From NCBI GenBank assembly GCA_028711415.1, contig JAQTSG010000002.1, positions 1 to 51,442 on the forward strand: a stretch of 51,442 bases of DNA, in the 5' to 3' direction. This stretch comes from Patescibacteria group bacterium. Lineage in GTDB: Bacteria > Patescibacteriota > Patescibacteriia > Patescibacteriales > JAQTRU01. Shown here piece after piece: positions 6,650-14,020 of this stretch (its first letter is position 1; each line of letters starts with the position of its first letter). Both the position numbers and the translations under genes were made by a program. The notes below the pieces were generated by a model that was not told the DNA's origin, searched no databases, and saw only the letters and a program-made list of their open reading frames with translations.

Positions 6650-6702
6650 TCAACAGTTTAATTAGTGTAATTCGTTGTTAAATTTGTTGATTTGCGGATA
6701 AT

Positions 6703-7002
6703 ATGAAGCTATCGAAAGAAGAAATAAAACATATCGCGGATTTGGCCAGACTGGAATTAACGGAAGCGGAATTAAAAAAATATGGCAGCCAACTGTCGGA
6801 GGTTTTAACTTATATTGACCAACTAAAAGAGGTTGATACGATCGACATAGAACCGACGGCTCAAATTACGGGCTTGGAAAATGCCCTGCGTGAAGATGTT
6901 AAAGAAGATTGGGATAAGAGAGAAGTTGAGGAAGCGCTTAGCCAGGCGCCGAATTTGGAAGATGGACAAATTAAAGTAAAGAGAGTGCTTGATAACAATT
7001 AA
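6703..7002 (+). CDS. gatC: Asp/Glu-tRNA amidotransferase subunit C
   Basis: 99 aa. MKLSKEEIKHIADLARLELTEAELKKYGSQL...IDQLKEVDT is typical GatC. Directly upstream of gatA. Confidence 0.9.
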   Translation: MKLSKEEIKHIADLARLELTEAELKKYGSQLSEVLTYIDQLKEVDTIDIEPTAQITGLENALREDVKEDWDKREVEEALSQAPNLEDGQIKVKRVLDNN

Positions 7003-7028
7003 CAGTTAACAATTAACTTTTAACAAAT
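6993..7028 (+). repeat. Tandem heptamer tract TAACANT x5 spanning the gatC stop and the gatC-gatA spacer
   Basis: taacaat t / taacagt t / taacaat t / taacttt / taacaaa, read directly. Confidence 0.7.
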
Positions 7029-7031
7029 TTG

Positions 7032-8483
7032 ATGGAGTTGAACGAATTAACAATTAAAGAAGCGGCAGAAAAGTTGGCTAAGGGTGAAATAACTTCGATT
7101 GAACTGACCAAAGCTTGTTTGGCGCGCATAAAAGAAACTGATAAAAAAATCAAGGCGTGTTTAACGGTTTGCGAAAGAGAGGCTCTGGCCGAGGCTAAGG
7201 AAGCGGATAGGCTGCGAGCTAAAGGTGAGAGAGGTGATTTGTTAGGCATTCCTTATATAGCCAAAGATAATATTTTAACGAAAGGCGTAAAAACGACAGC
7301 GGCTTCCAAAATTTTAGAAAATTACATAGCGCCTTTTGACGCGACGATTATAAAAAAATTAAAAGAAGCCGGCGCGGTGTTATTAGCTAAATCCAATTTA
7401 GACGAATTCGCCCACGGCGCTTCGACGGAAAATTCCGCTTTTGGTCCAACCCACAACCCCTGGGATTTAAGTAGGGTGCCGGGCGGGTCTTCAGGCGGTT
7501 CAGCCGCGGCCGTGGCCGCGGATATGTGTCTTTTTGCCTTAGGGACTGACACGGGTGGTTCAATCAGGTGTCCGGCCAGTTTTTGCGGAGTAGTTGGCTT
7601 AAAGCCGACTTATGGCCGAGCTTCCCGTTTCGGCCTTATCGCTATGACTTCTTCAACTGATGTTCCCGGGCCAATTACTAAAACCGTAGCCGATGCCGCC
7701 ATAGTTTTAGCAACGATTGCCGGCCATGATAAGAATGACGCTACGACCCCAGAAGCGGAAGTGCCGGCTTATGGAAAATCTTTAGGCAAAAGCTTAAAGG
7801 GCTTAAAAATTGGCCGGCCGGAAGAATATTTCGGACAGGGCGTGGAAAAAGGAGTGAGGCAGACGATAGAAAAAGCTATTGCCAAATTAGAAGAACTGGG
7901 AGCCGAGATTGTGCCCATAAGATTACCTCATACTAAATACGGCGTTCCGGTTTATTACATAATTACTCCCTCGGAAGTTAGTTCTAATTTAGCCCGTTTT
8001 GACGGCATCCGTTATGGCTTTTCATCTGAACAAGTAAAAGATTTAAAAGATGTTTATGTAAAGAGCCGGGGGAAAGGTTTTGGGCCGGAAGCCAAGCGCC
8101 GGATAATGCTTGGCACTTACGTTTTATCCGCGGGCTATTATGATGCTTATTATTTGCAAGCGCAAAAGGTGAGGACGAAAATAAAAGAAGAGCTGGATTA
8201 TGAACTGGAAAAATTAGACGCGATTATTACCCCGACCCAGCCCAGCCCAGCTTTTAAAATAGGCGAAAATTCAGATGACCCTTTAAAAATGTATTTAGAA
8301 GATATTTTCCAAGAGGGCGCTTCTTTAGCCGGTTTGCCGGCCATTTCCGTCCCGTGTGGTTTTTCCTCCGGTTTACCCGTTGGTTTGCAGTTGATTGGGA
8401 AAAGGTTTGATGAGGAAATGATTTTTAGGATTGCCAGCGCGTATGAGAAAATGGCTGGTTGGCAAATCAAACCGGAGATTTAA
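7032..8483 (+). CDS. gatA: Asp/Glu-tRNA amidotransferase subunit A
   Basis: Amidase signature GGSSGGSAAAVA; full-length GatA-like. The track start at 7029 is TTG; an ATG follows immediately at 7032. Confidence 0.93.
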   Translation: MELNELTIKEAAEKLAKGEITSIELTKACLARIKETDKKIKACLTVCEREALAEAKEADRLRAKGERGDLLGIPYIAKDNILTKGVKTTAASKILENYIAPFDATIIKKLKEAGAVLLAKSNLDEFAHGASTENSAFGPTHNPWDLSRVPGGSSGGSAAAVAADMCLFALGTDTGGSIRCPASFCGVVGLKPTYGRASRFGLIAMTSSTDVPGPITKTVADAAIVLATIAGHDKNDATTPEAEVPAYGKSLGKSLKGLKIGRPEEYFGQGVEKGVRQTIEKAIAKLEELGAEIVPIRLPHTKYGVPVYYIITPSEVSSNLARFDGIRYGFSSEQVKDLKDVYVKSRGKGFGPEAKRRIMLGTYVLSAGYYDAYYLQAQKVRTKIKEELDYELEKLDAIITPTQPSPAFKIGENSDDPLKMYLEDIFQEGASLAGLPAISVPCGFSSGLPVGLQLIGKRFDEEMIFRIASAYEKMAGWQIKPEI

Positions 8484-8491
8484 TTAAATTT

Positions 8492-8526
8492 TTAAATCTT
8501 AAATCTTAAATCTGCAATCTAAAATC
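8492..8526 (+). repeat. Tandem heptamer tract TTAAATC x3 plus TGCAATC and TAAAATC
   Basis: Read directly. Ends 5 nt before the tRNA-Ser fragment. Confidence 0.75.
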
Positions 8527-8531
8527 AAAAA

Positions 8532-8645
8532 GGAGAGGTCGCCTAGTGGCCGATGGCGCACGCTTGGAAAGCGTGTATACCGCAAGGTATCGAGGGTTCG
8601 TGGGGTCATTCGACCCCACGCCCAGTCGAATGACTGGGCGAATCC
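8532..8645 (+). pseudogene. Truncated tRNA-Ser(GGA) copy: 5' 69 nt identical to the intact gene, then a 40-nt insertion in the T-loop, then aatcc; no 3' T-stem or acceptor strand
   Basis: 8532-8600 is identical base for base to 8915-8983. No CCTCTCC-type 3' acceptor strand follows. Confidence 0.85.
8601..8640 (+). other. Double hairpin block inserted in the T-loop of the truncated tRNA copy
   Basis: tggggtc-attc-gacccca (8601-8618) and gcccagtc-gaat-gactgggc (8620-8639). The apical segments gtcattcgac and gtcgaatgac are reverse complements of each other, so an alternative fold exists. Confidence 0.7.
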
Positions 8646-8650
8646 ACGCT

Positions 8651-8929
8651 ATGTATTATGTTTATATATTATTACAAAATGATGGTAATTTATATAAGGG
8701 TAGCACGGATAATTTGAAACAAAGAATTGAGGAACACAATGCCGGCAAAGTTATTTCCACTAAACATAAAAGACCCTTAAAATTGATCCATTATGAAGGT
8801 TATTTGTTTAAGGAAGATGCCCAAAGAAGGGAAAAGTATTTAAAGACAACCGAGGGCAGGAGGTTTTTGAGACAACAATTAAAAATTTTTTATATAAAGT
8901 ATAATATCAAATCCGGAGAGGTCGCCTAG
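8651..8929 (+). CDS. GIY-YIG nuclease family protein (small YhbQ/YazA-like, COG2827 type)
   Basis: MYYVYILLQNDGNLYKGSTDNLKQRIEEHNAGK...REKYLK. The track ORF start (8546) lies inside the tRNA fragment and is rejected. The stop TAG (8927-8929) lies 15 nt inside the intact tRNA-Ser. Confidence 0.85.
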   Translation: MYYVYILLQNDGNLYKGSTDNLKQRIEEHNAGKVISTKHKRPLKLIHYEGYLFKEDAQRREKYLKTTEGRRFLRQQLKIFYIKYNIKSGEVA

Positions 8930-8999
8930 TGGCCGATGGCGCACGCTTGGAAAGCGTGTATACCGCAAGGTATCGAGGGTTCGAATCCCTCTCTCTCCG
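8915..8999 (+). tRNA. tRNA-Ser (anticodon GGA), class II with long variable arm
   Basis: Manual fold: acceptor GGAGAGG/TCTCTCC (one G-U); 3-bp D stem; anticodon stem CACGC/GCGTG with loop TTGGAAA; variable arm ATACC-GCAA-GGTAT; T arm GAGGG-TTCGAAT-CCCTC; discriminator G. CCA is not encoded. Confidence 0.9.
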
Positions 9000-9022
9000 C
9001 TTTTAAACCACCCCCATTTTTA

Positions 9023-9031
9023 TGTTATAAT
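9023..9031 (+). promoter_or_regulatory. Extended -10 promoter element TGTTATAAT
   Basis: TGnTATAAT consensus read directly, 42 nt upstream of the AbrB-like gene. No clear -35 box. Confidence 0.45.
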
Positions 9032-9059
9032 TTAATTACAGAGTTTGCTCTGTAATTAA
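9032..9059. promoter_or_regulatory. Perfect 12-bp-arm palindrome ttaattacagag-tttg-ctctgtaattaa directly after the -10, candidate operator or 5' UTR hairpin
   Basis: The arms are exact reverse complements. Located between the putative -10 and the ATG at 9073. Confidence 0.5.
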
Positions 9060-9072
9060 TTGTTTTTACCTT

Positions 9073-9264
9073 ATGGCGAGGAAGAAATTAGAAGAAAGAA
9101 ATATAAGAAAATTGGCTAAGGTTGGCGGAAAAAGAACCTATAGCTTAACTTTGTCGATTGAGGCAATAAGGGAATTTGGCTGGAAGGAAGGCCAGAAAGT
9201 GGTTATTGAAGTGGACAAAAAAGGGCAAAGGTTTATAATAAAAGACTGGAAAGATAAATTATAA
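9073..9264 (+). CDS. AbrB/SpoVT/MazE-like small DNA-binding protein
   Basis: 63 aa. YSLTLSIEAIREFGWKEGQKVVIEVD resembles the swapped-hairpin (looped-hinge) beta-barrel motif. The assignment is by pattern only. Confidence 0.5.
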   Translation: MARKKLEERNIRKLAKVGGKRTYSLTLSIEAIREFGWKEGQKVVIEVDKKGQRFIIKDWKDKL

Positions 9265-9280
9265 TAATTAAATAAATGTA

Positions 9281-9421
9281 TTCACCCCGTTAGAAATCTC
9301 GCAAAAAATAAACGGGTAAAAAACATCAGCCAGAAGCTGATCCGCCTTCGGCGGAAAATATTAAAAAATTAGTTAGTATATTATTATGGAGAAAGAAAAC
9401 AAAAAAATTTCTAATGGGGTA
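9281..9421. repeat. Inverted-repeat bracket copy C around the gmd start (CCCCGTTAGAAAT 9285-9297 / ATTTCTAATGGGG 9407-9419), enclosing two small hairpins
   Basis: Internal hairpins atcagc-cagaa-gctgat (9325-9341) and tccgcc-ttc-ggcgga (9341-9355). Confidence 0.85.
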
Positions 9422-10378
9422 AAAAAAGCTTTAATTACGGGCATAACCGGGCAGGACGGCTCATATTTGGCGGAACTGCTGCTGGCTAAGAGTTATCGGG
9501 TTTTTGGTTTGGAAAGAAGATCCTCAACAAAAAATCGGACCAATATAGAGAAGATTGAAAAAAATATAAATTTTATCTCTGGCGACTTAACCGACCAGCA
9601 TTCTCTAACCCGCGCCATCGCTTCAGCTGAGCCGGATGAAGTTTATAATCTGGCGGCGCAAAGTTTTGTTAAGGAATCCTGGGAGCAGCCGGAATATACG
9701 GGCGACGTTACCGGTCTGGGCGCTTTAAGGGTTTTAGAAGCCATCCGGCAGGTCAATCCGAAAATAAAATATTACCAGGCGTCTTCTTCGGAGATGTTCG
9801 GCCGGGTGCAGGAAACGCCGCAGAGTGAAAAGACGCCTTTCTATCCCCGCAGCCCTTATGGCGTAGCTAAATTATATGCCCATTGGATAACGGTTAATTA
9901 CCGTGAGTCTTATAATATTTTTACCTGCAGCGGGATTTTATTTAACCATGAATCAGAACGTCGGGGCTTAGAATTTGTTACCAGGAAAATTACCAACGCC
10001 GCGGCTAAAATAAAATTAGGTTTAGAGAATAAATTATATTTAGGGAATTTAGACGCTAAAAGAGATTGGGGATACGCGCCGGAGTACGCGGAAGCGATGT
10101 GGATGATGCTCCAGCGAGAAGAACCGGAAGATTTTGTTATTGCCACGGGCGAGGCCCACAGCGTGAAAGATTTTGTGGAGGCGGCTTTTGCCGTAGTGGA
10201 TTTAGATTGGAAGAAATACGTAGAGATTGATGATTGTTTTAAACGCCCCGCCGAGGTTTACTCCTTGGTGGGGGACGCCAGCAAAGCTAAAACTAAATTG
10301 GGCTGGCGGCCGAAGGTTAATTTCTCTGAATTGGTAAAAATTATGGTAGAAGCTGATTTAAAAAAATTAAAGAAATAA
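9386..10378 (+). CDS. gmd: GDP-mannose 4,6-dehydratase
   Basis: [19 protein letters not shown] Rossmann N-terminus, SSSEMFG, YGVAKLY (catalytic YxxxK), NHESERRG. Confidence 0.93.
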   Translation: MEKENKKISNGVKKALITGITGQDGSYLAELLLAKSYRVFGLERRSSTKNRTNIEKIEKNINFISGDLTDQHSLTRAIASAEPDEVYNLAAQSFVKESWEQPEYTGDVTGLGALRVLEAIRQVNPKIKYYQASSSEMFGRVQETPQSEKTPFYPRSPYGVAKLYAHWITVNYRESYNIFTCSGILFNHESERRGLEFVTRKITNAAAKIKLGLENKLYLGNLDAKRDWGYAPEYAEAMWMMLQREEPEDFVIATGEAHSVKDFVEAAFAVVDLDWKKYVEIDDCFKRPAEVYSLVGDASKAKTKLGWRPKVNFSELVKIMVEADLKKLKK

Positions 10379-10493
10379 AGATTTTCTTAAAACGGAAAAT
10401 ATCGGAGTTAATTCCGGATAAGTATATGTGATTGCTTATTTTAGCGCGAAAAGTTGACGATAATGATATTTTGTTTTTTTATAATTAGATAAT

Positions 10494-11969
10494 ATGACGA
10501 CGAAGAAAATAGCCTTAATATCATTATATCCAAGCGAGGCAAAAGATATCCCGCCTTTAGCGTCTTTATATCTGGCTACGGCTTTAACCATGAACGGGTT
10601 TGACGCAAAAATAATCCATAAAAATACCGAGGCTATTGGCAGCATTATGTCGGAGGTTGTTGATTATAACCCTGATTTAATAGGGATGTCAGTTTTTACC
10701 GGTTATAATAATAAAAAAAGCGTTGAATTAAGCAAATCTTTGAAGGCCGGGGGATATAAAATTGTTTGGGGCAATGCCCATCCCTCGTTATTGCCCGAGC
10801 AAACCCTAAGAGAACCAAGCGTGGACTTTGTGGTGATGGGCGAGGGGGAGGAAACATTATTAGAGTTAGTAAAGAATCTTGATGCTCCGGGTAAGTATTA
10901 TTCCATTAAAGGATTGGGTTTCAAAGACGAAAAGGATAATATAATAATTAATAAGAAGAGAGAATTTATAAATCCGGACAGTTATTTAATTGATTGGTCG
11001 CTTATAAATATTGAAGATTATCTCCAGCCGTATTTTTCCAATAAATATAAGAGAGTTCTTTTGGTTACAACCTCCAGAGGCTGCCCGTTTAATTGCCAGT
11101 TTTGCTACAATTTGGTTTTTAATAATAGAAGATGGCGGGCGCATAGCGCTAAAAAAATAATCGAAAATTTAAAGCCAATTATTGAAAAATATAAAATTGA
11201 CGCGCTTCGTTTTATAGACGATAATTTTTTTGTTGATAAAGAGCGAGCTTTTGAAATAGTTCGGGAATTAAATGTTCCGTATTTCGCCGAAGCCAGGGTT
11301 GAATATGTTGATGAAGGGTTTGTTAATAATCTAAAAGAAACTAAGTGCCAGGAAATAATGTTTGGTTTTGAATCGGGCTCGGATAGAATTTTAAAAGAAG
11401 TAATTAAGAAAGGCACGACAACTAAAGATACGATTAGGGCGGTTACTTTATTGAAAGATTCAAAAATAATGGTCTCGGGTTCTTTTGTTTTCGGTTTTCC
11501 CGGAGAAACAAAAGAGGAATATAGGGAGACGATGGAATTCATAATTAAGTTATTGAAAATAAACAATAATTTAGCTTTTACTTGTGGCTGGTATCTGCCT
11601 TATCCCGGCGCGGGTCTTTATTATAAGGCGATAGAAGATGGATTTAAACCGCCGGAAAAAATTGAGGATTGGGATAAGTTTGATCGTTGGCTTAGCAATT
11701 ATAAGATGGATTGGATTAAATGGGATTATAACCTGCCCGTTAAATATTCCAGGAGAATCATCCATTTATTAGCTTTAGCGCATAAAAGAAACATTCCCCT
11801 GCTTAAATCAATCTTAAATTGGCGCGTAAAAAACCTTAATTTTTCTTTTCCGATTGACATATATATTTTTTCTAAACTTAGAAACATTTATCTTTTTAGC
11901 GGCGATAAAAATATATTTAATAAAATTATCAGATGGTCGGTTAAACAAGCCATTAAAGTTAAACAATAG
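10494..11969 (+). CDS. B12-binding domain radical SAM protein
   Basis: N-terminal cobalamin-binding-like domain, then TSRGCPFNCQFCYN (CX3CX2C). Confidence 0.8.
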   Translation: MTTKKIALISLYPSEAKDIPPLASLYLATALTMNGFDAKIIHKNTEAIGSIMSEVVDYNPDLIGMSVFTGYNNKKSVELSKSLKAGGYKIVWGNAHPSLLPEQTLREPSVDFVVMGEGEETLLELVKNLDAPGKYYSIKGLGFKDEKDNIIINKKREFINPDSYLIDWSLINIEDYLQPYFSNKYKRVLLVTTSRGCPFNCQFCYNLVFNNRRWRAHSAKKIIENLKPIIEKYKIDALRFIDDNFFVDKERAFEIVRELNVPYFAEARVEYVDEGFVNNLKETKCQEIMFGFESGSDRILKEVIKKGTTTKDTIRAVTLLKDSKIMVSGSFVFGFPGETKEEYRETMEFIIKLLKINNNLAFTCGWYLPYPGAGLYYKAIEDGFKPPEKIEDWDKFDRWLSNYKMDWIKWDYNLPVKYSRRIIHLLALAHKRNIPLLKSILNWRVKNLNFSFPIDIYIFSKLRNIYLFSGDKNIFNKIIRWSVKQAIKVKQ

Positions 11970-11971
11970 AT

Positions 11972-13048
11972 ATGAAATTACTGTTGTTAACGCAAAAAAT
12001 CAATATAAATGACGATGTCCTGGGATTCATGCATAGTTGGACGGAGGAATTTTCTAAGCATTGCGAATTAGTGACGGTTGTTTGCCTGGAAAGAGGAGAA
12101 TATAAACTTCCCAAAAATATAAGAGTCCTGTCTTTGGGCAAAGACGAATTTTTACGTTTAGGCAAGCATTTTGGTTTTATCCGCAAATTAGTGGCTACGC
12201 TTAGATTTTATAACTATATAATCCGGGAAAGAAAAAACTACGATAAGGTTTTTGTCCATATGAATAAGGAGTATGTTCTTTTGGGCGGTTTATTATGGAA
12301 AATATGGGGGAAGAAAATAGGCCTTTGGTACGCTCATGGAGCGACTTCTTTTGGCCTGAAAATAGCGGAAAAGTTATCTGATATTATATTTACTTCCACC
12401 CAAAGCGGTTTTAGAATAAAAAGCGATAAAGTCAAAGTGATTGGCCAGGGAATTGAGGTAAATACCTTTAAGCCGGCAGCGGAGAAAAAACGCCATGATA
12501 TTTTTAAGATTATAACTATCGGCAGAATTTCTCCGGTTAAGGACTATGAGACCTTGATTAAAGCTGTTGAGATTTTAGCCGGAGAGGGAATTAGATTGGA
12601 AGTAAATATTATTGGCGGAGTCGGAATGCCGGAACAGGAAAAATATCTGGAGAATTTAAAAAAAATGATAGCGGAGAAAGGATTGGGAGGGATTATGAAT
12701 TTTATTGGCGCTGTTCCCAATAAAAATATCGTCCGGCATTTGCAATCGGCCGACTTATTCGTCAATATGAGTTATACGGGCAGTCTTGATAAAGCTATCT
12801 TAGAAGCAATGGCTTGCGGTTTACCGGTTCTTACCTGCAATGAAGCTTTAATTGAAGTTTTGGGAGAATACAGAAAGAGTTTAATGTATGATAAGGGAGA
12901 TTATAAAAATTTAGCGGAAATGATTAAATTATTTGCCGAAATGGAAGAAGAGAAAAGGGAGAAAATAGCGAAAGATTTGCGCGATATAGTTGTAAAGAAC
13001 CACAGTCTTGAAGGTTTTATTAAAAAAATAATAGAAAAATTTAATTAA
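11972..13048 (+). CDS. Glycosyltransferase family 4
   Basis: C-terminal GT-B motif GRISPVKDY...EAMACGLPVLT. Confidence 0.8.
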   Translation: MKLLLLTQKININDDVLGFMHSWTEEFSKHCELVTVVCLERGEYKLPKNIRVLSLGKDEFLRLGKHFGFIRKLVATLRFYNYIIRERKNYDKVFVHMNKEYVLLGGLLWKIWGKKIGLWYAHGATSFGLKIAEKLSDIIFTSTQSGFRIKSDKVKVIGQGIEVNTFKPAAEKKRHDIFKIITIGRISPVKDYETLIKAVEILAGEGIRLEVNIIGGVGMPEQEKYLENLKKMIAEKGLGGIMNFIGAVPNKNIVRHLQSADLFVNMSYTGSLDKAILEAMACGLPVLTCNEALIEVLGEYRKSLMYDKGDYKNLAEMIKLFAEMEEEKREKIAKDLRDIVVKNHSLEGFIKKIIEKFN

Positions 13049-13054
13049 AAACAT

Positions 13055-14002
13055 ATGGAAACAAATAATATTTACCTGTCAGTAATCGTGCCCGTTTTTA
13101 ACGAGGCGGGCGCTCTCGCCGATTTATACCGAGAAATTATGGCCGCCGGCAAGCAATTAGGCCGGCCATTTGAGGTTATCTTCGTTAATGACGGCTCAAC
13201 CGACAAGACTTTAGAAAATTTAAAGGAGTTATCGCCGGTTAAAATTATTAATTTCAGGAAAAATTTCGGCCAGACCGCCGCTTTAGACGCCGGTTTTAAA
13301 GCGGCGCGGGGCGAATATGTCGCCGCTTTAGACGGAGATGGACAGAATAATCCCGCGGATATTTTAAAATTATTAGAAAAACTAAAAGGAGATGATTTAG
13401 ATGTGGTATCGGGCTGGCGCAAGCGCCGCCAGGATCCTTTTTTAAAGAAATTCTTTTCAAAATGCGCCGCGCTAACCAGGAGAATTCTTATCAATGACGG
13501 CATCCATGACAGCGGCTGCACTCTTAAGGTTTATAAAAAAGAATGTTTTAACTATGTGGATTTAGTGGGGGAGATGCACCGTTTTATACCGGCCCTACTC
13601 AAAATTAAGGGTTATAAAATCGGCGAATTAGAAGTTGACCACCGCCCCCGCCGGACAGGTAGGACTAAGTATAACTGGAAAAGAGGCATAAAAGGCAATC
13701 TCGACATGATTTCAATCTGGTTCTGGAAAAAATACGCCAGCCGCCCTCTCCACTTATTCGGCAGTTTCGGCTTAGCTTTAATTTTAATTTCCATTGTCGC
13801 CGGTTTTCTGGCTATTTACGGAAAAATTTTTAACGCCCAGGATTTATCAGACACGGCTTTAACGGAATTATCTATGTTCGGGCTTTTAATTGGCATCCAG
13901 TTTTTCGTTTTTGGCCTGTTAGCCGATATGCTGTCTAAAAATTATTTTGCGGCGACGAAGGACAGGGTTTATGACATTAAAGAAGTGATTGAAAACAAAT
14001 AA
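13055..14002 (+). CDS. GT2 polyprenyl-phosphate glycosyltransferase (GtrB/ArnC/DPM1-like) with two C-terminal TM helices
   Basis: LSVIVPVFNE, VNDGSTDKT, DGDGQN, then two hydrophobic C-terminal helices. Confidence 0.8.
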   Translation: METNNIYLSVIVPVFNEAGALADLYREIMAAGKQLGRPFEVIFVNDGSTDKTLENLKELSPVKIINFRKNFGQTAALDAGFKAARGEYVAALDGDGQNNPADILKLLEKLKGDDLDVVSGWRKRRQDPFLKKFFSKCAALTRRILINDGIHDSGCTLKVYKKECFNYVDLVGEMHRFIPALLKIKGYKIGELEVDHRPRRTGRTKYNWKRGIKGNLDMISIWFWKKYASRPLHLFGSFGLALILISIVAGFLAIYGKIFNAQDLSDTALTELSMFGLLIGIQFFVFGLLADMLSKNYFAATKDRVYDIKEVIENK

Positions 14003-14020
14003 TTTTTGACAATATTTTTT

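Noticed and set aside
8492-8526. CRISPR-like array (short direct repeats)
   Set aside because: The units are only 7 nt with no spacers, and no cas genes are present. These are microsatellite-like tracts.
8546-8650. N-terminal extension of the GIY-YIG ORF as given in the track (start at 8546)
   Set aside because: The extension is translated from the truncated tRNA-Ser copy and the hairpin block. The GIY-YIG family N-terminus (MYYVYIL) begins at the ATG at 8651.
8601-8983. Group I or other intron in the T-loop of tRNA-Ser, with 8532-8600 as the 5' exon and 8984-8999 as the 3' exon
   Set aside because: The downstream copy (8915-8999) is a complete tRNA by itself, so no splicing is needed. I could not identify group I core pairings by eye. 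Bacterial tRNA group I introns sit in the anticodon loop, not the T-loop.
10454-10485. Promoter TTGACG ... TATAAT upstream of the first B12 radical SAM gene
   Set aside because: The spacer is 20 nt by my count, outside the usual 16-18 nt, so it is not reported as a feature.
11105-11566. Minus-strand ORFs nested in + strand genes (for example 11105-11566, 13072-13521, 28443-28802, 45292-45621 and all other minus ORFs in the track)
   Set aside because: Each lies fully inside a + strand gene with clear family motifs. They are low-complexity and typical shadow ORFs of AT-rich DNA.
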